DNA of 64,000 nt from Lytechinus pictus (taxonomy: Eukaryota), in the NCBI RefSeq assembly GCF_037042905.1, contig NC_087250.1, positions 26,724,001 through 26,788,000 of the forward strand, in the 5' to 3' direction. This document shows, piece after piece, positions 14,000-29,225 of this stretch. A program made the position numbers and the translations under genes. Under the pieces are notes generated by a model. It did no database searches. It saw only the letters and a program-made list of their open reading frames with translations, and was not told the origin of the DNA. Position 1 is the first letter of the stretch; every line of letters starts with the position of its first letter.

Positions 14000-15920
14000 A
14001 GGCGTAAGATAATAAAGGCATCCACGCTTGTTCAGACGCTATAGACGTAGCTTTCAAGGTATCTCATTCAATGCTAGTTTTCGGCCAGCAGGGCCTTCAT
14101 CAGGTCTATATGTATTAAAACCAAAAAAAACAAAATATAACAAAACCATACAAATAATATCGTTATAACGACAAAGTAAATAAAAGGTAACAAAAGGTAC
14201 AGAACAGAAGGATAACAGTAAAATAACAAAAAAACAACAAAAGATGGGGGTAGTGAATTAAACGAGATGGTTGGGTACAATAGAAAAAGATTTGGTAACT
14301 TAAACTGTGAAGAAAGACAAGGTATTTACCGGCAAATGAGATTAACTTGGGTTTCTTGGCATCTGGAGGGTGGTTAGTCTGTGTAGTATGTGCTGTAAAT
14401 TTTAAAAAGGGATAACGTTTCGTGTAAAATTACAAATCCTTTCAGTATTACATAATTCTATATTTTATGTTTAAGTACATAACTATATAGATATATTCAT
14501 ACGTTTACATAATATTCAAGTAATGGAGGTTTTAGTGGTACATGTTATAGTATGAGAGCTTGACATTAAATGTTCTACTATATGTATAAATATATAAATA
14601 TGAAAATATAAAAAGTACATTGTTATGCGCAAGGAAATATATAGGGGGAAGTGGGGTAATGACGAACACCTTTCTGATCAGAGCGATAGCAAGAATCAAA
14701 GTGAGCCTTATTCCAAAACTAGTACATAATTTGATAAAAACACACCATATATTGACTGTAACAACGTCTTTATTCAACATCAAGCATTCCTTTAGAATTT
14801 ATAGTACAAAACGCAGCTTTTCTGGATTACCCCGCACTTCCGGGCCACAGGGTAATCGCGAACGCCATTCGTGGAAACATAAACAAGTAAAGATATGTTA
14901 TTTGGATTCTTTTCGATTATTCTTTAATCGGAAGAGACAAGTCAACAGATCACTGAATGGGAAGTCAGACAACATTCTGTGTTACGGCTATTATGTCGTG
15001 ACAGCAGAACCTCACCTCTCCTAGGAGATATTGAGATGTTCGGGATTACCCCGCGTTCGGGTTTACCCCACTCTTCATTCTTCAATGAAGGAAACGTAAA
15101 AAAGCGAAAATCTGTCATCTGCATTTTCTCGATTATTCTTTAATCGGAAGAGACCAGTCAACAGATCCGTGCATAGGAATTCAGACAGCATTCTGTGTTT
15201 CGGCTATTACTGCCGTGACAGCAAAACCTCACCTCTCCTAAAGATATTACGGTGTTCGGGATTACCCCGCGTTCGGGATTACCCCACTCTCCCCTACGTA
15301 TAATTGATATTTGATCGGTAAGCAACATAATAAACATACAGCCATAAAGAGCGAGGAAATCACAAACAATTAATCAAATTATCAGGTAATCAAGTAATCA
15401 AGATACTAAAGCATACTAAACTGTGGTGGGGTAAAGAGACGTAGCTATAATACTATATGGATGTTGTGGCCTGTTGGGACGAGTGAGACTGTAAACAACG
15501 AAATAAACAACGAAATGGGTCGAAGAGAGATATGTAAAGGGTTCAATAAATACCTAACACATTATACCTTCATATATATGTTATACAAAATCAGATAGTA
15601 TTAACTACAGAAATAGTTACCTAACATTCCAGTGCCAGAGAGAGTGTGTCGAAGGTGTGAATGTATGAGGTCAAGTGAAGTGAATGTGTGTGCATGTGTG
15701 TGCGTGTGTGGGGGCATGCAAAGGATCATTGGTTCTAATTATCAACATTGATTCCTATTGGGGCGAGGGTGCGTAGTGTGGTTATCCAGTATGATTCTTG
15801 GTGTAAGATAATTGAGCGGTATTTGTTGTCTATCTGTTCTATTGCCATGGTCAAAACATCGTTAATAGAATGGTCAGAGAGGTTAAAGTGGAGGACATAG
15901 TGAATGATCTTAGTGTTGTG
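14000..15920 (-). mobile_element. Penelope-like 3' fragment (GIY-YIG C-terminus, 3' region with degenerate hammerhead)
   Basis: 15890-15735 minus translates HFNLSDHSINDV...EQ...ESYWITTLRTLAPIGINVDN*; CTGATGA-aggcc..ggcc-GAAA core on the minus strand at 14040-14110; internal ~200-bp duplication at ~14900-15290. Confidence 0.7.
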
Positions 15921-15957
15921 TTGTGATATATATCATATATATATATATGTATATATA

Positions 15958-16783
15958 CAGTGCGTCCCACAAAAAACGAAACCGAGATTTATCGATGATT
16001 TATCATAACTTAATCACAAAAACAATAGACAAATGACCTACCATTGTAAAGCTTAGAATCTCCTCTTTCATCTGAAATTACTTAGATTATTTCTCATTCA
16101 CGCATGAGTGAGCAAAAACAATTTGAAGAGGGGATACCAAAAATTCATTTGGCGGGCTGTATCTGTGTTTCAAAAAGAAATCAAAATTTTTAAAAAGTTC
16201 AATACAATATCTGCTCTTTAATTTGATACCTCAATTACAGAAAATGGTCAAGAAATAAAAAAGTTCTGGTTATTTGAAATAAGGCTTGAATTTCAATAAT
16301 TTCATAAAATGAAGAGGTTTTACAGGCTAGCGTTCAAACTCACTCGACACTCCGTTTTGTTGACGATCAGCCATGCATTAAGTCTTTTGTTAACCATGTG
16401 ATAGCTTCTGTGGGAAACCGGTGAAAACACGTTTATTTAATGAAATTATGGAAATACTAAGCATTGTTTCGAGTGAACATAACTTTTTTACTTCTTGACC
16501 ATTTTTTGTGATTAAGGTGTCAAATAAAAGAGCAGATATTGAACGTTTTAGGCATGCGATTTTCTTTTTGAAATTCAGATACCCCCCGCCAAGTGACTTT
16601 TTGGTATCCCCTCTTCAAATTGTTTTTGCTCACTCATGCGTGAATAAGAAATAATCTAAGTAATATCAGATGAAAGAGGAGATTCTAAGCTTTACATTGG
16701 TAGGTCATTTGTCTATTGTATTTGTGATTAAGTTATGATAAATCGTCGCTTAATCTCGGTTTCGTTTTTTCTGGGACGCACTG
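15958..16783. mobile_element. Tc1/mariner-type MITE with long TIRs (truncated second copy ~37459-37990)
   Basis: cagtgcgtcccacaaaaaacgaaaccgag ... ctcggtttcgtttttctgggacgcactg; TA on both sides. Confidence 0.85.
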
Positions 16784-16813
16784 TATATATATATATATAC
16801 ATATGTATGTATA

Positions 16814-17787
16814 TAGTTGAGGTCAGAAGTTTACATACACCCAGGAAATTCAAAGAAAAGTTGATACTTGCTAAACATCATAAAATTTACTGTACCTTAT
16901 AAAATATTTGAGATATCATGACGTCCATGACAAATTAGTATATTACATAGGTTATGTAGATTCGAATCAGTAATAGGTCAATACGCCATCACGTGACCAT
17001 AGCTGCGAGGATCGCATTTGTTATATTCTAGGTTTTGACGTCACCTCAGGGAATATACTGCGTTGTATTGTCAATTGCGGCGTTATATTCACTAAGGTGA
17101 CGTCACTCGCTGCATACAAGTTGCGTAACAAGGCAGTTTATTTGATGTACGCGCTAATGTTAACGCGTCGATTGCATGAAGAACGCGCTTGATGTATTAA
17201 AAAAAAAAATCTATTATGACGTAGATGGATCAGAGCTGTAGCAAGAATTTCGGGTTTGAGCCAGATGATGAATGCAATTTCTGATGGCGAATCCACATAG
17301 ACTATATAATATAACAGATATTGCCTGGTCTATCGTTTTAATAAATAACATTTCATCTCCCCTCCGAAGCTATATTTTTCCCTCGGGATAATATTTTCCC
17401 TCAGCGCTGCGCGCTTCGGGCAAAACATAATCCCTTGGGAAAAATATAACTCCGTCGGGGAGAGGAAATGTTATATTCAAACTCTAGGTAGGCAATATCT
17501 GTATAATATCACGTCCCTTCATCACATTACTTTGTCATCAGGATCTGAAAAGTATCTAGTTTACATTTTTCCCATAGACATATCTGTGATAGTTTCTTCT
17601 CAAAACAAACATGGTGGCATATCATGATAGAAAATGTAATACAAATCATAGATTTTATATATTAAACGATGTTTGGCAAAATAATAACAATATAATACAT
17701 TTGGCACGAATATTACTTTTTTGCAATGTTCGGCAAGCAAACAAATTTTCACTGAATTCCATGGCTGTATACGTTTGGCCTCAACTG
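16814..17787. mobile_element. Tc1-like non-autonomous element with a nested small TIR element (~17310-17505)
   Basis: Ends tagttgaggtcagaagtttacatacac / gtatacgtttggcctcaactg in TA context. Confidence 0.6.
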
Positions 17788-17910
17788 TATATATACATAC
17801 ATATATATTGTGAAAGAGATGGATGAAGAGTACAATGGTAGGCGAAGCTTAAATCAAGGTTCCCCTGGCTGAGCTATCTTCCATTTGGAAAAATTGGTAA
17901 TGTTTAAAAA

Positions 17911-17982
17911 TGTCTTTGCCGGAAATCGAACCCCGGCCCCCAGCTTTGAACGCCGGTGCCTTAACCACTAGACCACAGAGAC
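17911..17982 (-). tRNA. tRNA-like gene, anticodon TCA, in copy 3 of the repeat (~17809-18133)
   Basis: Reverse complement reads gtctctgtggtctagtggttaaggcaccggcgttcaaagctgggggccggggttcgatttccggcaaagaca, then a T-run. Confidence 0.6.
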
Positions 17983-18441
17983 GGGTTAGTGGCTAGGGCT
18001 ACCCCGATCCGATTGACCGTCAGATAGACAGATTTTCGACACTATACCAATTATAATTTCCTTTGTCGGGTGTAGGTGGGTTTTGAACAATGACAAGCCG
18101 CCATGCCTCAGCTGGATCAAAGCAATTTCACACATGTATATACACACATATATGTGTGTGTGTATAAAAGGGTGTGTGTGGGTGTGTATACATCCCATTA
18201 GTGATTACATTAAAGTTTCATTGCTGTGTATCACAAGGTCCTGACTTTTTTTCTTCATTAATGAAGATGGGGCAACTAACCTTTTTTATTCAAAATAAGA
18301 TAAAATATTAGAGAGTGAAGACTAAAATTCTAGTTCAGGGAATCCACTATTTCCCTTCCTCTTGGAATTTAGTTTTTTTTACGATGAATGTACAATATCC
18401 GGGGAGGGGGTTTGACCTCATATGCAAATCTTACAGCTTAC

Positions 18442-18734
18442 CTTCGTTTATAATGTCTACGAGGAGCGGCTTATTCTTTACAGTAAATAAATCTATCAGT
18501 TTCTGAGCGTCTCGCCCATTTTCCAAGACAAATTTGTCAAGAATCTTCTTGTATCTCCTCTGCGGATCCATAGTTTGTGTTGACAGATGCTCTGCAGAAG
18601 TTGTGGTGCCACTACCAAATCCCAGATTGTTAGCAAACTCACTGACTGGATAAGTTGTGGAATTAATTTGCTTGGAAAGTTCAAGCAAAATGGCATCACT
18701 CAGTACATGTCCCGGCATATCTAACTGAGGAGAA
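18442..18734 (-). CDS. Death-domain-like exon, probably of the ankyrin gene
   Basis: Acceptor ttccttttgcag at 18735 and donor gtaagc at 18441; helical LSDAILLELSKQI...FANNLGF...ILDKF...LIDLF...LVDII pattern; phase matches the ankyrin exon donor. Confidence 0.6.
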
Positions 18735-19317
18735 CTGCAAAAGGAAAATTAATGTACTCTTGTTAATGTAAGAAATTTAATTTTCTGAACAAAACAATGT
18801 AATAAGTGAAATGACTATATTTTGGACGAGAATGGCCGAACATTTACAAGCTGACAGGTTGCAGGTTAGAATACAATAACGTTGATTTTTTAATCTACAT
18901 TCAGACCTTTAAAATAGTCTTGATTCGGTTATTTATTTTCAACCTAACCAGGACGCGATAATTTTTACCGATTATTTTTACTCTAATGCCTCAAAAAAGG
19001 TTGTTAATGTACCCATGTAAGTTGTTCGTTCTACAGTTACACATCGCCAGCTACTATTGCCATAATGATTCCTAAAGGTGTATTATGGACTCTTTTTTAC
19101 TTCAAGTTTACGTAGATCAACATCAATGATCATATTCTCAAAAATTAATATCCAAGTTTAAAAATATTACAGACTTAATCTTAGAATTCTTACATGTACA
19201 TGCACATGTAAACTTTGTCATCGTAACTTGTCTGAGATATTGATGTTACAATATATATTCATTCATTCATGTAAACACTTAATTACGGCTAACATTCAAT
19301 TACAAATGCTTCTATAA

Positions 19318-19892
19318 AGGGCAAGTCCACCTAAACTAAAAGTTTATTTGAATAAAAATAAATAAATCAAACAAGCGTAACACTGAAAATGTCTTCAAAA
19401 TCCGATGTAAAATAAGATATGAATTTAAGTTTCGATTAATTTAAAAAACAGTTATATTCACTTCCTTGTCTTAAGCAAATGAGGGGATCGATGGCATCAC
19501 TCACCATTTCTTTGCATTTTATCATATAAATTATCAAATATTCCGATTTCTCCCCCATTGTCCTGTTAAAGGCGTGTTCTCCCTTCCTGGAAATGTGGTA
19601 TTATTATCGTGTTAAAATACATGGTTCAGTCAAGTTGGTCCTTATTGTCATATCTATAAGAATTAATATATTGTATAATTTAAACAAAACCACGAAATAG
19701 TGAGTGAGGTACATGACCGACTTTCGCATATGTATGACACTGAGTTAGGCATGTAACTTTTTTGTGTGAGTAAACGAAGCTTTATTGTAACTTTCTTATA
19801 TCACTTCCGATTTTGAAATAATTTTCAGCGTTATGCTTGTTTGATTTTTCTCTATTGATTGAAACTAACATTTTTATCAGGGGACTTGACCT
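19318..19892. mobile_element. TTAA-type (Kolobok-like) MITE, older copy
   Basis: agggcaagtccac...ggacttgacct ends; same family as 24478-25080. Confidence 0.65.
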
Positions 19893-20147
19893 TTAAAACA
19901 TATAAACGTTTGCAGTATGAACAATTATGTATTTATTCACAGTGCATTAAAAAGAAAACGAATTATAATGTAAGCCCAATAGTCAAGTAGAACCCCAACA
20001 TAACCGTCAAGTTGGGTATGACTGCGAGTTTTTGCTGGAAGTTGTAGCACAGGGTGTCTACTTCAAGAATTCGACGGGTGCCACCTGAGCAGCCTTGGGC
20101 ATTTTGTTTGTTATTGATATATAGGCCATGCCCACTTTTTCGAGATC

Positions 20148-20452
20148 AGGACAACTACCCCCGGGCAATTACCCCCCGGACAATTACCCCCCGAGGACAA
20201 TTACCCCCCGGGCAATAACCCCCCGGAAAACTACCCATGGACAATTACCCCCGAGGACCCCCCGGGCAAATACCCCCGAGGACAATTAACCCCGAGGACA
20301 ATTCCCCCGAGGACAATTTCCCCCGGACAACTACCCCGAGGACCCCCCGGACAATTACCCACGAGGACAATTAACCCCGGAAAATTAACCCCGAGGACAA
20401 TTGCCACTGGGAACAATTACCCCCCCCCCCCCAAGACCATAACCCCCTAGAC
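20148..20452. repeat. ~16-18-bp minisatellite (ggacaattacccccga)
   Basis: Many consecutive variant units. Confidence 0.9.
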
Positions 20453-21229
20453 AAAGGGAGTCATACGTCGGCCGTACGTTTGACGTAAGAAGTACTCAAG
20501 GCATTCTCGAGTATCTTGGGAAACGAACGCCGTAAGAAAGCTGTAAAAGTGATCTCCATCCATAGATGGATCCAGGAGGCCCCCCACCCTATTCGCGGAG
20601 CAAAAAATGGAAAAAGGAGGAAGAAAGAAAATAGAAGGGGAAAGAAAGGAGGAAAATGAAGAGGTAAAATAAGAAAAGGGGGACGAGTGAAAAAAAGGTC
20701 AGAGGAAGACTTGGAAAATGATTTTAAAATATATTTCATGTCACTATATATTACATCGCATAGCCTCTTCGATGAGATACATATCTTGCTAGATAGGCTG
20801 ATATGTAGCTTAAAATATCATGTTTTGAAGTCGATATACAAAGTATATTTCAGCTCGGACGTTATTCATTATTTCGTTTGATTTACAAACTGATTTTTTA
20901 AGTGCTCTGTTTAATGTCCGTTTTATGGTGTGAATATAACTTGTAGCTTGCGCTGTGCGCTCGCATTATTTGATTTGCCAAATTAGATAACAAACTTTTT
21001 AAAAACCCCTTTTATGACAGTTTACGAAACATTTCGTCTCACGATTTGCGCTCGCATTTTTGTTAAAAATATATCAACTCACAAATCCTATTTATGATTA
21101 CAAAAGTGCTTAAAATATCAAGTTTTCAGGCCTCAGTTTCAACACATTTCACTCACTCATTAGGCTTATTACATTAATAAATATGATAATAATATTTTCA
21201 TGAATTCCTAAGCTAAGAATCTCGGCTAC

Positions 21230-24200
21230 AACATACTAAAAGCTCAGGGAAAACTGACAAGAAAAAATGGAGATATGGCTCACGAAATAGAGGAATGTAG
21301 AATCTAGTTTTGAGAAAAAGTCATGTCCCATAGAGATTACACGCAAAATGAGGAAAAATGACATTCCTCTTTTCATCGCAGTTTTACGCCATGATGCATT
21401 TCTCAAAATGAAAATTCATGTTAATAAGGAGAAAGAGTACATTCTAAACTACAACATATCGAAATCTGGGCGAAAAACGATCAACATTTACGGAGTTATG
21501 ATCAAATTTGCATAAATTTGATGACGTCATTTTCGAAAAAAATGAAATTTTCAGTTTAGGCGCAATTTTGATGACGTCATGATCAAATTGAGGGACAATG
21601 ATGACATGAAATCAGATCTACAACTCATACTCTTTCGATATATGAAAAAAAAAATTGGGGTCAACGGACTATTTAAAGAGCGACAGTGTATTTTCAATAG
21701 GCATGTTTTGCCCGTATATGGCCTGTAGTGAGAGCTCGTGCGCACACGTGCTGCAAACTTTAACGGGTGTTAATTTCGTTATTAATGGTTGTAGAAGGTT
21801 GATCAAGGTATCAAATTGCTCAGAATTATATTATCAATGCAATGGTAAAAAAAAAACGGTGTTTCTGCGTTGCGTTTTTGCGTTACGCGCGGAAACGCGC
21901 GCGCACATTTTTGAAATGCTTAAAATGACTTAAAACGTACCAAAAAAAATTTATAGGCCATTTAGAGAATTTTTTTGGCTTTGACGCGCGCGTACGCGTC
22001 CGTCATGACCTTTACATGACCTTTGATGACATTTACAGATGTCCTTTAACCTAAAGCTTATGTGATGTAAATATGGTTGATTATTGATGATCCGTTATGT
22101 TGATATGATCAAATTGAGAATTTTACAAAATGGCGCGTAGATGACGTCATCGTAATCAGATGATCTTGAAAAGCTTAGTATGTTGTCTCTATGATAGACT
22201 TTATATATGACATAAAAATCAGCCAAATTGATTTAGCCAATTCGGAGAAAAGTTGGCGACAAACATAGGTGCTAAAAATAAAAAATAAAGAAACTAGATT
22301 TTAATTCGTCATGCGGACGAATTAGGTGGTCTGTCCTTATTCTCGCCATCATGATCATTATTACCATGTTCATACAGATCAATATGATCTTCATGATGAC
22401 AACGGAGTGCTCATTATGGATGGAATACTTGTGAAAGACGGGAGATGATTAAAGCACTGTGAAAAGGGTCTCTTTGATATATGACAATACATGTGATATG
22501 AAAAAAGTAATTATAATCTGTTTAATCTTGCTAAATTTTAACTTTTATACCTTTTAATTATCCTAAAAGATCATGTACGAGGTGGTAAAAAGAAAAAAAA
22601 GAAAAAAAAATCATCTTGTTCACCCCAGGACTCGAACCTGCGCCCCCGAGAACGCAAGTCAAGTGCGTTATCCATTGAGCCACGATATTCCCCATAGAGA
22701 TTACATGTAAGCAAATTTGAGAATTACAATTCCAATTTTGCAAGTGAAAAACGGGCATGATCCCGGCATCTGATCAAAAAATGGAGGGCATATTCGCGAA
22801 AGCTTAGAATGTCAGCTACAACATACTGAAAGCTCAGGGAAAACTGACAAGAAGAAGTGGAGATATGGCTCACGAAATAGAGGAATGTCGAATCTAGTTT
22901 TGAGAAAAAGTCATGTCCCATAGAGATTACACGCAAAATGAGGAAAAATTACATGCCTTTATTATTTGCAATTTTTAAGGATGATCCGTTCATTAAAATG
23001 AAAAATAAAGGCAATAACTCAGAAAAAGTAAGACCTAAGCTACAACATATCGAAAATTAGATGAAAATTGACCAATATTCACGGAGTTAAAGCCTAATTT
23101 GCATAATTATTATGACGTCATAACAAGGAAAATTGATATTTTGACTTCCGACGCCATTTTGATGACGTCATATCACCAATGGTGATATAGCTCACGAATT
23201 AGAGGAATGTAGAATCTAGTTTTGAGAAAAAGTCATGTCCCATAGAGATTACACGCAAAATGAGGAAAAATGACATGCCTCTTTTCATTGCTGTTTTAAA
23301 CCATGATGCGTTTTTCAAAATGAAAATTTATGTAACTAACGAGAAAAAGTACATTCTAAACTACAACATATCGAAATCTGGGCGAAAAACGATCAATATT
23401 TACGGAGTTATGATCAAATTTGCATAAATTTGATGACGTCATTTTTGAAAAAAATGAAATTTTCAGTTTAGGCGCAATTTTGATGACGTCACGATCAAAT
23501 TAAGGGACAATAGTGACATGAAATCAAATTTACAACTCATACTCTATCAATATATGAAAAAAACAATGGGGTCAACGGACTATTTAAAGAGCTACAGTGA
23601 ATTTTCAATAGACATGTTTTTGCCCATATATGGCCTATAGTGAGAGCTCGCGCGCACACGTGCTGCAAAGTTTAACGGGTGTTAATTTCGCTATTAATGG
23701 TCGTAGAAGGTTGATCAAGGTATCAAATTGCTCGGAATTATATCATCAATGCAATGATATTTTTAAAAAACGGTGTTTCTGCGTTTCGTTAAGGCGTTAA
23801 GCGTGGAAACGCGCGCACATATGTGCGCGCGCGCAAATTTTTGAAATGCTTAAAATGACCTACAACGTACCCAAAAAATTGTATAGGCCATTTGGAGGAT
23901 TTTTTTAGCTTTGACACGCGGGTACGCGCGCGTCATGACCTTCACATGACCTTTGATGATATTGACAAATGACTTTTGACCTAAAGTTGATGTGTTGTAA
24001 ATATGGTTGATTATTGATTATTCGTTATGTTGATGTGATCAAATTAAGAATTTTACAAAATGTCATGTCCCATAGAGATTACACGCAAAATGAGGAAAAA
24101 TGACGTGCCTCTTTTCATCGCTGTTTTACACCATGATGCGTTTTTCAAAATGAAAAATTTTATGAAAAACGATCAATATATACAGAGTTATGATCAAATT

Positions 24201-27200
24201 TGCATAAATTTGATGACGTCATTTTTGAAAAAAATGAAATTTTCAGTTTAGGCGCAATTTTGATGACGTCACGATCAAATTGAGGGACAATGGTGACATG
24301 AAATCAAATTTACAACTCATACTCTATCGATATATGAAAAAAAAATTGGGGTCAATGGATTATTTAAAGAGCTACAGTGAATTTTCAATAGACATGTTTT
24401 TGCCGATATATAGCCTGTAGTGAGAGCTCGCGCGCACACGTGCTGCAAAGTTTAACGGGTGTTAATTTCGCTATTAAAGGACAAGTCCACCCCAATATAA
24501 AGTTGATTTGAATAAAAAGAGAAAAATCCAACAAACATAACACTGAAAATTTCATCAAAATCGGATGTAAAATAAGAAAGTTATGACATTTTAAAGTTTC
24601 GTTTGATTTCACAAAATAGTTATATGCACATCCTGTTCGGTATGCAAATGAGGAGACTGATGACGTCATCCACTCACTATTTCTTTTGTATTTTATTATA
24701 TGAAATTTGAAATATTCTAATTTTCTCCTCATTGTCAAGTGAAACAATGATTAATTCCTCCCTGAACATGTGGAATTAGCATTATTTAATACTATATGGT
24801 TCAGTCAAGTTGGTCCTTATTGTCAAAGCTGTAAAAAATGAAATATTGTATAATTCAAACAATAAAAAACAAAAGAAATAGTGAGTGGTGGACATCATCG
24901 ACTGTCTCATTTGCATGTCACTGAGTTGTGCACATAAATATTTTGTGAAAAATAAGCAAAATTTTAAAATGCCTGAACTTTCTTATTTTACATCCGATTT
25001 TGATGAAATTTTCAGTGTTATGCTAGTTTGATTTTTCTCTATTTATTCAAATCAACATTTTTCTGGGGTGGACTTGACCTTTAATGGTCGTAGAAGGTTG
25101 ATCAAGGTATCAAATTGCTCGGAATCAAATCATCAATGCAATGATATAAAAGAAACGGTGTTTCTGCGTTGCGTTAATGCGTTACGCGCGGAAACGCGCG
25201 CGCAAACGTGCGCGCGCGCAAATTTTTGAAATGCTTAAAATGACCTGAAAGGTACCCAAAAATTTTTAAAGGCCATTTGGGGGATTTTTTTAGCTTTGAC
25301 GCGCGGGTACGCGCGCGTCATGACCATCACATGACCTTTGATGATATTGACAAATGACTTTTGACCTAAAGTTGATGTGATGTAAATATGGTTGATTATT
25401 GATGATTCGTTATGTTGATATGATCAAATTAAGAATTTTACAAAATGGCACGTAGATGACGTCATCATGACCAGATAACCTTGAAAAGCTTAGTATGCCG
25501 TCTCTACGATAGATTCTATATATGACAGAAAAATCTGACAAATTGATTTAGTCAATTCAGAGAAAAGTTGGCGAGAAACATAGGTGCCAAAAATAAACTA
25601 GATTTTAATTCGTCATGCGGACGAATTAGGTGGTCTGTCGTAGACAGACAAATACTAGATAACATACTCCAAGCTCAAAGAAAACTGACAAATAGAAATG
25701 AAGATATGGCTCGCGAAATAGAGGAATGTAAACTCCAGTTTTGAGAAAAAGTCATTTCCCATAGAGATTGCACACAAAATGAGCGAAAATGACATGTCTC
25801 TATAACTTGCCATTTTTCAGGATGATCCGTTCCTTTAAATGAAAATATAGCCATCAAATTAGAAAGAGTATGTCCTCAGCTACAACATATTGAAAACTGA
25901 GCGAAAATTGGCCAATATTTACGGAGTTAAAGTCAAAATATGCATAATTATGATGACGTCATAAGTAGCAAAATGGGAATTTTGCGTTCCAACGCCATTT
26001 TGATGACGTCATGATAAAATTTCGGGTCAAATGTGACATGAAATCATATCTCCCATTCATACTCTATTCGAATATGAAAAAAAAATTGGGGGTCAACGGA
26101 ATACCTGAAGAGCTATAATGAATTTTGTATAGGCATGTTTTTGCACATATATATTGTCTATGGTTAGTGCGCGCGCGCGCGTGCTGTAAACTTTGATGGA
26201 GGCTAATTCCGTTATTACTTGTCGTAGAAGGTTGATCAAGGTATCAAATTGTTAAGAATTATATTATCGGTGCATTGATATGAAAAAAATGGCAATCCTA
26301 TGTTGCATAGTGCCGTTACGCGCGAGAACGCGCGCGTAACCTTGCGCGCGCGCAAATTTTTGAAATGCTTAAAATGGCCTGACTCGTACTCTATTTTGGT
26401 CAAAAAGTGATTTTGAGCATTGTAAAATTTTGACGCGCGCGTACGCGCACATCGTGACCTTTACATGACCTTTCATGACATGTACAGTTGACCCTTGATT
26501 TGAAGTTAATGTGATGTAGATCTGTCAAAGACAGACCACCTGATAATAAAGAAAATTCTGACGAAATTAAGAGGTGATCTTTCATAGACAGACCACCTAA
26601 TAAAGACGAAATTAAGAGGTGATCTGTCATAGACGGACCACCTAATAACAATTTTGAAAAATTGCAAGCCCTTATTTTGGAGTAAAGTCCAAATTAGTTT
26701 CAAATCGTAGCCAATTGTAAGGCTGCTATGACGTCATTACGACTAGATATTAAATTCGCTTTTATTCTAAGAATGATGATAGCATAGTCACAAATTTGAT
26801 CATAGGTATTCGTACGATGATTTCGAACATTACACAGTAACTTATTCCAAGTCTCAATATTAGCATCAAATTCTATTACATTTTATTCTGAAATCGGGTC
26901 GGAGACCAGTCGTAAGGTGTGCGGTGGCCTTTACGACCAATAATACGGGAATGCACGTCCATTTAAATTTGCATTGCTTGCGCGTGGAAACTCGCAAAAT
27001 GACTCATAAATGGGCAAAAATATGCCAATAAAAAATTCACTGTAGCTCTTCAGGGAGTCCGTTGACCCCCAACTTTTCCTCACTCTTGGATATTGTCAAT
27101 ATCTCATTTGGAGATTTTGTAATTACGTTAAAATTAAGTTATTAGTGAAAATTACATATTTTCATACATACGTCAACGTATTTGACCGTATCTTCGTTAT

Positions 27201-28525
27201 TACAGGTCAGTTTTCTCCCAAATTTTGATATGATGTAGTGAAGACAATTTTCTACATAAAACGTGGAATAATTTTCACTTTTGACAACAGCATCAATGTG
27301 TTATGACTTGTTAAATTTTTTTCAATTTTTTTCTGGACCTAATTCTTTAGAAATTTTTAAAGGACATTTTTTATTAATCAATTGTACGGTCTTGCTGAAA
27401 ATTTCAAGCCCCTTGCTTTGTGGTTCTTATGTACGATATTTTTTGTAATTTTGCTTTTTAAGGGGTAATTTTAACATTGTAAAACATCATTTATGCATTT
27501 TTTTAGGAAAAGCTGCGATATTGAGACGCTATTGGGTTGAAAAATTTTATTCCGGACTTTTTGCGGAAATTCCTGTATTTTTTCTATTTGGTCATTTTTA
27601 CTAACTTTTACGAATAACGAATTTTCAGGTACCTTCTGTGAAAGGAAAAATTGTGCAATTTAGTTAATTACACATTTTCCCGAAATTTTGCGGGAAAATC
27701 GCCGGTAATTGAATCGTTTACCCGACGTTTTTCACCAAAAATCATCAAGAAAGAATTTTCAAGTAAATGTCGAAGTCTTACACAATTAATATATTGATTT
27801 TGAAAAATTTGTGACGAAAAATATTATGTGAAATGTTTAGAAATTTGCAGAAATTTTTGCAAACATTTACCCCAAAAATTTTACTTAATTATTTTATCAA
27901 ATACATCACTGATGAGTATTGAAGTGAATGCTGTGAAATTGTAGCATTGTGAAACTTCTCATTAAAAAAATTGAAATTTAGCAGAAATTTTTAATGAAAA
28001 TATTAAAGATATTTTAGTTTTCAAAAAGTATCACCTATGAATTTTCAAATATTCTGTGAAATTCATACCCACTGATATTGAAAAAAATCTTTCTTGAAAT
28101 CTTTAAAAAAATTGCTGACAGCACAAAGAATTTTCAAAAGATTTTGCATAAAAACATTAAAGTACTGTCGATTAAGAATAAGCTGCTGTGAAAATTAAGG
28201 CACCTTTTATTGCGCAATTTTAGAAAACCAATTTTGGTAACATCGTCTGAAAATTTTGAGGAGTTTTTAAGGCGTTTTACGTGCTCCAAACTTCATTTCG
28301 TATTTACCGTTTTGCATTATCACCACCATCATTATAATCATCCGCGATTGTCATCACCACATTAATAATCACATTTAGCAATGGTCAAAATTTATTCCTA
28401 TGATGACTATGATCAAGATTATCAATCATATCTAATTGATTTATTCCATACAACATTAGCCGACACTGAATGATAAATCATGACAGACCACCTAATTCGC
28501 CCGCATGACGAATTAAAATCTAGTT
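21230..28525. repeat. Cluster of nested/tandem Helitron/Helentron-like non-autonomous repeats
   Basis: ~1-kb blocks recur (gtcatgtcccatagagattacacgc at ~21321, 22911, 23233, 24062); terminal motif gacagaccacct-aattcgtc..gacgaatt-aaaatctag (hairpin + CTAG) at ~22295(-), ~25598(-), ~28482(+); degenerate tRNA-like segment at ~22615-22690(-). Confidence 0.6.
24478..25080. mobile_element. Kolobok-like MITE with TTAA TSD
   Basis: TTAA|aggacaagtccacccca...tggggtggacttgacct|TTAA; the empty site ttcgctattaatggtcg is visible in the paralogous repeat at ~23690. Confidence 0.9.
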
Positions 28526-28894
28526 TTTTATGTGTTTGCTTGGGTAGAGGTGTGTTTGATTCCATGTTAATGTTGATGTTAAGGTGCATGAGAATAATTT
28601 AAAGAAACCGCTGAGAAATTCACTCATCACCACTGAAAAAAGAACAGTGACATTCAATATTGTGTCATTTTGCAAGTTTTGAATTTTGACCTAGCCCCAC
28701 ATTTCAAGGCACTGCACCTCCATGTGAACCATAATCATATCATGTAGGGTGTCATTTTAAAGAAAATGAAATGTTCTATGCAATAATATTAAATACACAT
28801 TGATATGAACTAAAATCGAGGAGGTATTATCGATCAAAGTCAGATTTCAAAACTTTTTCTGAGGAGTTTATATATATATATATATATATATATA

Positions 28895-29225
28895 CTTCGA
28901 GAATTCTATCCTTGTATAGAGTGCTCGATGTCCTTCACAGGAAGAGCTTTAAATAATAAACACAAGTTCACAAGGTTGACTGGAGGTTCATCAAATTTAA
29001 TTGCAACTCTGAGTTTCACGCAACCTACGTGAGATGCGATCTTCAGGCAACTGATAAAACTTTTCAATACCATTGAACAATGCATGTCGCGATCGCGCAA
29101 AGCGCGTTACACCAAACACGCACATAGTGGGCGCAGGAAGCTAGGTAACCAGTGCGCGCTGAGGTTTTTACAATTTGAATGTTTTTCAAATGTTTTTCAA
29201 ATAATCGATACTCCGCGATGGGTGT
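28895..29225 (-). mobile_element. Inverted pLTR of second Penelope family (hammerhead at 28999-29052)
   Basis: Reverse complement of ~37135-37405; next to (TA)n. Confidence 0.8.
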